Origin: Coraliomargaritaceae bacterium
GTDB lineage: Bacteria; Verrucomicrobiota; Verrucomicrobiia; Opitutales; Coraliomargaritaceae
Reading direction: 5' to 3'
Assembly (NCBI GenBank): GCA_965656495.1
Contig: CBFHKU010000007.1
Coordinates: forward strand, 40,993 to 104,992
Length of the DNA stretch: 64,000 nt
Shown here piece by piece: positions 56,673 through 64,000 of the stretch (position 1 is its first letter; the number at the start of each line of letters is the position of its first letter). Both the position numbers and the translations under genes were made by a program. Below the pieces are notes generated by a model. The model did no database searches. It worked only from the letters and a program-made list of their open reading frames with translations, and was not told the DNA's origin.

Positions 56673-57275
56673 TCAGAGGGAGCGGCGACTGCGTTGTTCC
56701 AGAGTCCTGAGACACAAGACCGTGTAGCTCAGGATAAGCAGGAATCCGAGGAAAAACGAAAGCCCATAAAGCGGGTAAACCAAAACATAAAATCCGTAAA
56801 AAGCCATCAAGGGAAGCACCAGCGGTTTCCAGAGCGCCAATGCCATCCCGAAGACAAGCCTCACCTCTTTCAGTGAGCGAAAATCACTTTGCGTGCGATA
56901 GAGCGCACATGAAAACAACAAGGTGAAAGCCAGTGTCGTCACGGTGCTGAATACAGTCCCGACCAAACTCAAACCGGCTTCACCAAGCAATTGACTCAGC
57001 AATGCCGCGACAAGTACCGGAGACAGCCAGTAGATGAGCCATGCTATTAAAAACCTCATGCCATCCGCTAATAAACCGCCCCAGTCATCCCAGGCAGGTA
57101 ATTCCAAATCGCCCGTGGCGCGGATCTGCCGTGTGTATCGATACAGATAACCAAAAGCGAAAAGGTTCAAGCCTGGGATAAATGAGAGCACAACCCCCAC
57201 GAGTAAACGAGGCCAACTCGCGCGTTCCCCCAAAAGCCGGAAACAAAGTTCTTCGAATAAAGGCTTCCAATTCAT
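56673..57275 (-). CDS. Integral membrane protein (DUF4013-like)
   Basis: IPGLNLFAFGY..LPAWDDWGGLLADG followed by several TM helices. Confidence 0.7.
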   Translation of the reverse strand: MNWKPLFEELCFRLLGERASWPRLLVGVVLSFIPGLNLFAFGYLYRYTRQIRATGDLELPAWDDWGGLLADGMRFLIAWLIYWLSPVLVAALLSQLLGEAGLSLVGTVFSTVTTLAFTLLFSCALYRTQSDFRSLKEVRLVFGMALALWKPLVLPLMAFYGFYVLVYPLYGLSFFLGFLLILSYTVLCLRTLEQRSRRSL

Positions 57276-57300
57276 GCTATCCATGACTCAACTTAGGACC

Positions 57301-58185
57301 GTGCAAGCTGCTTTAAAAGAAAAATTAACCGAGTTTCAGCAACGAACCGATCAGGCGATTGATACGCTGTTGCCGCCGGGCAGCACCCGCCCCGCTCGTC
57401 TGCATTCTGCCATGCGTTACGCCCTAACGGCAGGCGGCAAACGCATTCGTCCGGTTCTGCTGCTCGCTTCCAGTCGGCTCTTCCCCTCCGTTGCGGATCC
57501 CGCCGCCGCCGCAGTTGCGATCGAATGCCTCCATACCTACACCCTGATCCACGATGATTTGCCCTCCATCGACAACAGCGATTTGCGGCGCGGTAAACCT
57601 AGCTGTCATAAGAAATTTGACGACGCCACTGCCATTCTGGCGGGCGATGCCCTCCTGACCTTCGCATTTGAGCTCATCAGTCGCGAATACCGCAACCAGC
57701 CGGCACTTGCCAACGCCCTTACCGCCGACCTTGCCCAAGCCGCCGGCAGTATGCGCTTGATTGGTGGGCAAATGGAGGACGTCGCCCATGCCGGACAGGA
57801 TCTCGACCGGGAGACCCTTACCTACATCCACGAAAACAAAACCGCGGCGCTCTTGACCGCAGCCCTCACCATGGGCCTGCGTATGAGCGAGCCGGAGGAT
57901 GAACAACTCAGCCAAATCGAGCGAGCGGGCTATCATCTCGGGATGACCTTTCAAATCGTCGATGACATCCTCGATACCACCACCACTGCGGAATCAATGG
58001 GCAAACCGACCGGTGCCGACGCCGATGCACAAAAGACCACCTACCCCGCTTTATACGGCCTCGAAGGTGCCCGCGAAGAAGCTGCCAAGCATACCGCCGC
58101 CGCGATTGAGCACCTGCAGGCGCTGGGTGGAGATAACGAATTTTTGCTCGGACTCGTCAAAGAACTCGAACAGCGCGCGAATTAA
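57301..58185 (+). CDS. ispA: Farnesyl/geranylgeranyl diphosphate synthase
   Basis: GGKRIRP, LIHDDLP..DNSDLRRG, GDALL, KT, FQIVDDILD; start uncertain (57274, 57283 or 57301). Confidence 0.9.
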   Translation: MQAALKEKLTEFQQRTDQAIDTLLPPGSTRPARLHSAMRYALTAGGKRIRPVLLLASSRLFPSVADPAAAAVAIECLHTYTLIHDDLPSIDNSDLRRGKPSCHKKFDDATAILAGDALLTFAFELISREYRNQPALANALTADLAQAAGSMRLIGGQMEDVAHAGQDLDRETLTYIHENKTAALLTAALTMGLRMSEPEDEQLSQIERAGYHLGMTFQIVDDILDTTTTAESMGKPTGADADAQKTTYPALYGLEGAREEAAKHTAAAIEHLQALGGDNEFLLGLVKELEQRAN

Positions 58186-58301
58186 CGCGGCTTGCGGACA
58201 TATTCGCATCGATCAAGGCGGTGATTCTGCCTCCAAGAAATAGTGAAAAACTCAGTTGACGCTGTGAGAAGAGAAAGCCTAAATGAGCGCTTCCTGATTT
58301 T

Positions 58302-58377
<76 letters not shown>

Positions 58378-58413
58378 TCGGTGAACGCATCGTTGCGGTG
58401 CAAACAATCGCCT

Positions 58414-59448
58414 TTACGCCAACCGGAGTGCCGGCTCGATTCCAAGGGATTGCTCTTTGGATTCCGCAGCGACCCCTGCCGGATCGGCGTAGGCCGCAAA
58501 TGCGATCATGGCTGCATTGTCACCGGTATGCTCGGGGCGTGCGATCCAACACGGCAGGCGGTTCTTTTTGCCGAGGGTTTCCATCGCCTCACGCAAGGAT
58601 CGGTTATTGGAAACGCCTCCGGATAGACCCAAGCTGCGGTAGTTGCCCGCTTGTAAGAGGTGTCGGGTCTTCCCGGCGAGTTGTGCGATAACCGCACTTT
58701 GATAGGAGGCACAAATATTTCCCTTTGCGGCATCCAGTTGCGCATCCGACATTTTCTCAAGGCGGTAGCGCAGGCTGGTTTTTAGACCGGAAAAACTGAA
58801 GCGCTGCTCATTCCTCGGCGCGATCGCTTTCGGGAAATCGTAGGCGGTCGCATCGCCGCCGATCGCGAGTTTCTCGACTTCCGGTCCGCCCGGATAAGGA
58901 ATGCCCAGCAGTTTGGCTCCCTTGTCCAAGGCCTCGCCCGCAGCATCATCCACGGTCTCCGCCAGAACCCTCAGTTCGCGTGCAGGGTCGATCTCAAACA
59001 GGATCGTATTGCCGCCGGAAACAATTAAACCCAGATGCGGGAGGCAGGCTTGGAAGGCGTCATTGAATGCTTCCGGATCCTTGGCGTGCAGATCAATAAA
59101 CGGAGAAAAAGCATGCCCCCGCAGGTGGTTCACGCCTACCACCGGAATCCCCCATGCCACGCTCAGGCTTTTCGCGAAGGCCAAGCCCAGCGCGAGGCAG
59201 CCCGCCAGACCCGGCCCCTGCGTGACCGCGATTCCCGTGATGGCGTCGCGGTGTTCCAGGATCCCGGAGCCCTCAAGCAACGGAATAAAATTATCGAGGT
59301 GCTCACGACTCGCCAAATCCGGCACAACCCCGCCGTAGTTTTGATGCAGTTTAATCTGGGAATGCACCCATTCTCCGCGTAAGCCCCGCCCCGGATCAAA
59401 GAGCGCGAGCGCCGATTCATCGCAGGAACTTTCAACGGCCAGGAGCAT
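58414..59448 (-). CDS. tsaD: tRNA N6-adenosine threonylcarbamoyltransferase
   Basis: ESSCDE, GGVVPDLASREH, GPGL, NHLRGH, VSGG, DDAAGEALDK, FSFSGLKT, DNAAMI; start at 59448. Confidence 0.94.
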   Translation of the reverse strand: MLLAVESSCDESALALFDPGRGLRGEWVHSQIKLHQNYGGVVPDLASREHLDNFIPLLEGSGILEHRDAITGIAVTQGPGLAGCLALGLAFAKSLSVAWGIPVVGVNHLRGHAFSPFIDLHAKDPEAFNDAFQACLPHLGLIVSGGNTILFEIDPARELRVLAETVDDAAGEALDKGAKLLGIPYPGGPEVEKLAIGGDATAYDFPKAIAPRNEQRFSFSGLKTSLRYRLEKMSDAQLDAAKGNICASYQSAVIAQLAGKTRHLLQAGNYRSLGLSGGVSNNRSLREAMETLGKKNRLPCWIARPEHTGDNAAMIAFAAYADPAGVAAESKEQSLGIEPALRLA

Positions 59449-59528
59449 GATATGAGATAAATTAAGTGATACGCCGAGGCTTCGGGCTTGTTGTAACGAC
59501 AAGGCTGTGCTTGTTGTTACTAAGTTCA

Positions 59529-60518
59529 ATGAAGCAAGAATTACAAAACATCAATGCGATCTTGGCGGATGCCTGCAAGTCAGGACCCATCAGTTATTGC
59601 GACTTCATTGAGATTGCGCTCTATCACCCCGAATACGGCTACTATAAAGCTGCCAAAAATCGGGTTGGGCGCAGTGCGGACAGTGATTTTTATACTGCAG
59701 AAAGTTTGGGATCGGTCTTTGCCGAACTGGTGGTGGCGGCATCCGAGGAATTACTGGGCTTTGATGCCGCGAGTGCGAGCTTTGTGGAAATTGCCGCTGA
59801 ACCTGAAACGGCGCTCTTGTCGCAACTGAGTACCCACCCTTTCAAGGATTCGGCAGTGCTCCGCTTGGGTGACCCCATCGATATCAAGGGATCGGTCGTG
59901 ATTTTCGCCAATGAGTGGCTCGACGCCCTGCCCTTTCACCGATTGCTTTTTAAGGACGGGAAATGGCAGGAACGCGGCGTGAGCATGAGCGACGGCGCTT
60001 TGCGGGAGGTGCTCCTCCCGAAATTCACGGAACCCCTTGCCGCGGAATCCCACCGTTTGCCCCGCTCTGCTCCCGAGGGGTATCAATTTGATTGGCCCCT
60101 TGCAGCAGAACACGCCCTCTCTGCCCTTCTCAAGCAGGACTGGCACGGAATCCTACTGCTCTTTGATTACGGAAAACCCTGGGAGGAATTACTGCAAAAC
60201 TGCCCTGCCGGTACCGCCCGTACCTATCATAAACACAAGACCGGCACCGATCTCCTGCAAAATCCGGGGCATGCTGACATCACCTGTGACATCTGCTGGA
60301 CCCCGCTACAGCAGACCTGTGAGGCCGCCGGACTCGACACTGTCCGCCTCGAAAGTCAGGAGGCTTTTTTTGTCCAACGCGCCGCAAAAGCCGCAGAGGC
60401 GATTGTTTGTGAAAGTGCCGGGCAATTCAGTACCCGCCGACAAACCCTCATGGAATTGATACACCCCGCTCATATGGGTCGAAAATTTCAGGTTTTGTCG
60501 GCTCACCGTTCAGGCTGA
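59529..60518 (+). CDS. SAM-dependent methyltransferase, MidA/NDUFAF7 family
   Basis: ALYHPEYGYY, DFYTA, ANEWLDALP, DYG, PGHADIT, HMGRKFQV. Confidence 0.85.
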   Translation: MKQELQNINAILADACKSGPISYCDFIEIALYHPEYGYYKAAKNRVGRSADSDFYTAESLGSVFAELVVAASEELLGFDAASASFVEIAAEPETALLSQLSTHPFKDSAVLRLGDPIDIKGSVVIFANEWLDALPFHRLLFKDGKWQERGVSMSDGALREVLLPKFTEPLAAESHRLPRSAPEGYQFDWPLAAEHALSALLKQDWHGILLLFDYGKPWEELLQNCPAGTARTYHKHKTGTDLLQNPGHADITCDICWTPLQQTCEAAGLDTVRLESQEAFFVQRAAKAAEAIVCESAGQFSTRRQTLMELIHPAHMGRKFQVLSAHRSG

Positions 60519-60593
60519 ATTCCCCGAAAAAGACTTGCCAAGCACCTCGCACCTGTTTTTCTCAAGCGTTTCCAATTTCAACGAAGGTTTATT

Positions 60594-60824
60594 ATGTCAC
60601 GTATTTGCGCAATCACAGGCAAGCGCCCCGTAAAAGGCGGTCGCATCATCCGTAAAGGTCTCACCAAAAAGAGCGGCGGTATCGGTACCAGCTTGGTTAA
60701 AAATACCAAGCGTCGTTTCCGTCCAAACGTGCAGCGCATTCGCGTCAAGCTCCCGAGCGGCCAAGTGAAACGCATGTGGGTCTCTGTGAAGGCCATCAAA
60801 GCCGGCAAAGTGACAAAGGCTTAA
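60594..60824 (+). CDS. rpmB: 50S ribosomal protein L28
   Basis: MSRICAITGK..TKRRFRPNVQ. Confidence 0.95.
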   Translation: MSRICAITGKRPVKGGRIIRKGLTKKSGGIGTSLVKNTKRRFRPNVQRIRVKLPSGQVKRMWVSVKAIKAGKVTKA

Positions 60825-60847
60825 ACCCCCACCCGCCAATAAATTTC

Positions 60848-60875
60848 AGCCCCGGTTATCCAGCCGGGGCTTTTT
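60848..60875 (+). terminator. Intrinsic terminator after rpmB
   Basis: AGCCCCGG-TTATCCAG-CCGGGGCTTTTT. Confidence 0.85.
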
Positions 60876-60941
60876 CGTACCCACACATGAGTACGCTTTC
60901 AAAGCCTTGACCCTATGCATACCCCACTTCTCACATTCTTT

Positions 60942-61135
60942 GCTCCTCGAATCCTCTGCGTTTAAAACAACCACCCAAGATAGCTCCTCTAATCCTCTGC
61001 GTTTAAAACAACCATCCAAGTAAGCTTCTCTGATCCTCTGCGTTTAAAACAACCACCCAAGTAAGCTTCTCTGATCCTCTGCGCTTAAAACAACCACCCA
61101 AGACAGTTCCTCTAATCCTCTGCGTTTAAAAACAC
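60942..61135. repeat. 41-bp tandem repeat, about 4.5 copies
   Basis: Units start at 60951, 60992, 61033, 61074 and 61115 (partial); core ATCCTCTGCGTTTAAAACAACCACCCAAG plus a 12-bp tail. Confidence 0.95.
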
Positions 61136-61154
61136 CCGCCCCTCCGCGTTTCAT

Positions 61155-61961
61155 TCAGCCTTCGCGGCAGGCATCACAGACACAGACCGCCTCGCCTCCC
61201 TCCATGCGGTAACGAAACTCCCGTTCCGGAGCACTGCGATCCGTTGCGCCGCAGCGGGCACAGGTATGTTGAGCCGCCTCGGCGCGTTCCTGAACCGCGT
61301 GTGTATGCGCGACCCTCCGCTGCTTTGCCCGCAACGATTCCAGCATCGCGACCCGGAAAAACAAAATGAAATTCAAAACCGGGCCCAGTTCCGCGAGCGC
61401 CGCACCCGGTGATCCCGCAAAGAGAATCGTAAAGGCCGTAAAAACACCCGTCAGCATTGCCAGCCATTTCACTTTAACCGGTACCACAAAAAACAGGTAA
61501 AACTCCATATTTGGATGCAGGAGCGCAAACGCCCAGAAAATACTCAAATACAAAAAGTCCGGAAAGATGACAATCGGCGCAGCCGGTGAAATCAACTGGC
61601 CCACCAGCGAACAGATCACCGTAAAAACGATGCCCGCCAGGAGATAGAGATTAAAACGAAAGGCGCCCCATGCCGCCTCCAGCACCTGACTCATCATCCA
61701 GAGAATATACCAGAAAATCGCCAGAAACAGACCGCTCAGAGCGCCCCCTGCGATTTTCGGCGGCGACACAATAAACGTGATCAATCGCCAAAACTCACCC
61801 TCTTCCAAAACCCTCGAGGGAATCAAGGGCATTGCCCCAAACGCCAGCGTCCCGGTAAGGATCAAGCCATAGACTGCCAACTGCGCGACAATGAGGCCCA
61901 GCATTACATTCGGCACCGCCCAGTGCCCATAGCGCTTTTCAAGTTTATCAAGGAATGACAT
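61155..61961 (-). CDS. Rhomboid-like membrane protein with C-terminal Cys knuckle
   Basis: GEFWRLITF, LEAAWGAFRFNLY, PVKVKWL; C-terminal HTCARCG..EFRY..CVC; no clear catalytic GxSG. Confidence 0.75.
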   Translation of the reverse strand: MSFLDKLEKRYGHWAVPNVMLGLIVAQLAVYGLILTGTLAFGAMPLIPSRVLEEGEFWRLITFIVSPPKIAGGALSGLFLAIFWYILWMMSQVLEAAWGAFRFNLYLLAGIVFTVICSLVGQLISPAAPIVIFPDFLYLSIFWAFALLHPNMEFYLFFVVPVKVKWLAMLTGVFTAFTILFAGSPGAALAELGPVLNFILFFRVAMLESLRAKQRRVAHTHAVQERAEAAQHTCARCGATDRSAPEREFRYRMEGGEAVCVCDACREG

Positions 61962-62006
61962 CCCCTTTAAAGAGGCCCTTTCCTGCACAACTGTCAATCC
62001 GCCACC

Positions 62007-62034
62007 AAAAAACCCGCTGATTCCTCAGCGGGTT
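62007..62034 (-). terminator. Intrinsic terminator after tRNA-Gln
   Basis: Minus strand AACCCGCTGA-GGAA-TCAGCGGGTTTTTT. Confidence 0.85.
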
Positions 62035-62037
62035 AAA

Positions 62038-62112
<75 letters not shown>

Positions 62113-62248
62113 TGAAACCAAAAGAAAATGGATAAAATCCCGCCTCCGTCAAGCATGGATGCGGAATACCAATGCAAAAGGATAAGATGTCTTGTTAAAG
62201 CGACGCGCGGCGATCGCTCGCTGAAACAACACTTCAGCGATGTCATTA

Positions 62249-63781
62249 CTATCGATGCCTCAGGTCACGAAAGGGATACGGGCGTTTATCCTGACTGGCA
62301 TCGTACTTGGGGTTTAGCTGCGGCATATAGTGCGGCTTCACATTTTTCTTCAGCCAGTCCTTTGTCTCTTTGAACATCGACTGGGTGACTTCTGGTAACT
62401 GCTGCGAGAGATCCGCTCCCTCGTAGGGATCTTCGACAATGTTATAGAGCTCCAGCTTGCCGTGCCAGTCCCAGATCAGCTTGTAATCGCCCTTCCGCAT
62501 CGCGGTATGAGGCGTCAGTGGCAGCTTATGATCGGGGTGCATCACTTTTACATTGTACGGGTAGTGCCAGATGATGGTGCGGTCCGCCCCTTTCGCGTTC
62601 GGGTCGGCGAGCAGGCCAGTCAAATCCATCCCATCGAGATTCTCCGGGATCGTATTACCGGTGATCGAAGCAAAGGTCGGCAGGTGGTCATACATCGAAA
62701 CCACAGAATCACACCAAATGCCGCCCTCATATTTGCCCGGCAGATAGTAAACCAGTGGTACACGAACGCCGCCCTCATACATGGTGGCTTTACCGCCTTT
62801 AAACGGCGCGTTGTCGGTTGATTTGGTATATTCCGCGCCGCCGTTATCCGAAGCGAATACGATCAGCGTGTTCTGATCCAGCCCCTGCGCTTTAAGCGTC
62901 GCCATGATGCGCCCAATCGAATCGTCGAGATGTTTGATCATCGCCGCATAGGTTGCGTTTTTATGACCAAGGGTTCCAATCTGAGGCTTATTGGTAAAAC
63001 GGGCGATGGATTCTTGGGGTGCCTGCAGCGGGGTGTGCACCGCAAAGTGGCAGAGATAGAGAAAAAACGGTTTTTGAGTTACGCCCTTGTTTCCTTCGGC
63101 GCCGTACTTATCGATGAAGCCGACCGCAAGGTCGGTCAAATGATCGGTCAAGTATTCATCCGATCCTTTCTGGAAGTAACGCGCTCCACCGGCATCTTTC
63201 GACCAGAGGGTTTCATCAAACCCGTGTGCGGCGGGTTGCAAGGCGGCGACGTTGTGTCCACCCACATGCCATTTTCCGATAAAGACCGAATGATGGCTTT
63301 CGAGCACGTTCGGCAAGTTTGCGGGTGACGGTTCAAGGCCGGTATTGGATTTTCCGTTCAGCCATGCCTGTTGTAGATTAATTCTGTCTTTATGCCCAAT
63401 CGCATCGTGTGGACTGTGACCCTCCGGCACAGGCACCTTTTTATGATGATAAGTCGGTGTGTTCGGCGTCGCGGTCGTGAAACCTGAGCGCGCGGCGTTT
63501 TTACCGGTAAGGATCGACGCGCGGGTCGGCGAGCACAGGGGATTGGCATAGGCCTGCGAAAAAGCAATGCCTTGGCTGACCAGCTGGTCGAGATGCGGCG
63601 TTTCATAGAAAAGCTCCTCGGTTTTCTTCCCCGTGAAATGACTGGCAAAGGCCGCGACATCATTAATTCCTAGATCATCCGCGAGGATGAAAACAATATT
63701 CGGTTTCTCCTGCGCGTTGACGGTTAGGCAACAGCAAGCCAGCAGTGCACTGACTCCAATTTTTATGTCTTTCAAATTCAT
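62249..63781 (-). CDS. Cys-type sulfatase, secreted
   Basis: Signal peptide, PNIVFILADDLG, CSPTRASILTG, GKWHVG, AVHTP, SDNGG, YEGGVRVP. Confidence 0.93.
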   Translation of the reverse strand: MNLKDIKIGVSALLACCCLTVNAQEKPNIVFILADDLGINDVAAFASHFTGKKTEELFYETPHLDQLVSQGIAFSQAYANPLCSPTRASILTGKNAARSGFTTATPNTPTYHHKKVPVPEGHSPHDAIGHKDRINLQQAWLNGKSNTGLEPSPANLPNVLESHHSVFIGKWHVGGHNVAALQPAAHGFDETLWSKDAGGARYFQKGSDEYLTDHLTDLAVGFIDKYGAEGNKGVTQKPFFLYLCHFAVHTPLQAPQESIARFTNKPQIGTLGHKNATYAAMIKHLDDSIGRIMATLKAQGLDQNTLIVFASDNGGAEYTKSTDNAPFKGGKATMYEGGVRVPLVYYLPGKYEGGIWCDSVVSMYDHLPTFASITGNTIPENLDGMDLTGLLADPNAKGADRTIIWHYPYNVKVMHPDHKLPLTPHTAMRKGDYKLIWDWHGKLELYNIVEDPYEGADLSQQLPEVTQSMFKETKDWLKKNVKPHYMPQLNPKYDASQDKRPYPFRDLRHR

Positions 63782-64000
63782 GACTTCTTTCCTCCTTTTT
63801 TCTTTTTCCGATTCGGTTTAGCATTGTGGGTGGCAGGCTCCTCTGGCAGCGGAACGTAATCGCTGCTGCCATCGTCATTGCGAGCAAATTTATAATACTC
63901 TTGGTCGCCGGTTGAGTCGCTCCATTGCGCAAGCAGTTGCCGATGTTCCCGCAGCGCCTGCTTGTATTCGGGGTGATCCACCAGGTTTCGCATTTCGCCG
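63778..64000 (-). CDS. C-terminal end of a probable sulfatase (truncated by window edge)
   Basis: GEMRNLVDHPEYKQAL..HRQLLAQW is a typical sulfatase C-terminus; 4-bp overlap with the next sulfatase. Confidence 0.6.
   Translation of the reverse strand, partial: GEMRNLVDHPEYKQALREHRQLLAQWSDSTGDQEYYKFARNDDGSSDYVPLPEEPATHNAKPNRKKKKGGKKS

Noticed and set aside
60942..61135. CRISPR array
   Set aside because: The variable parts are only 12 bp, two are identical and all are related, so they are not unique spacers; no cas genes in the window.

Overview
A gene-dense bacterial chromosome segment of moderately high GC, mostly housekeeping. The PEP-CTERM-type protein, several Cys-type sulfatases and the general protein style suggest Verrucomicrobiota (Opitutae-like); this is inference only. 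It carries clpC, udg, hflX, serC, topB, lpxK, nrdJ (with tandem NrdR boxes), purL, an argCJBDF cluster behind rplM-rpsI, xerD, argA, ppk2, rpe, ilvN/ilvC, hemC, cobA-hemD, purC, ligA, ispA, tsaD, rpmB, three sulfatase genes, a sulfatase maturase and six single tRNA genes (His, Leu, Val, Glu, Phe, Gln). Main observations: (1) a 28-bp dif-like site at 33955-33982, 1.1 kb from xerD, where KOPS-like octamers and G/C strand bias both switch polarity, so the window probably spans the replication terminus; (2) a ~1.5 kb integrase-less mini-island at tRNA-His, bounded by direct repeats and carrying an ADP-ribosyltransferase-like ORF plus a 61-aa partner, the best candidate for an undescribed toxin-antitoxin or defence module; (3) a Lys/Ala-rich HTH protein behind an AT-rich patch, a candidate nucleoid protein; (4) a PEP-CTERM-like trypsin-family gene that ends inside tRNA-Leu; (5) a 41-bp tandem repeat that is not CRISPR; (6) small ORFs missing from the ORF track. 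All family calls come from motif recognition by eye; no database searches were run.
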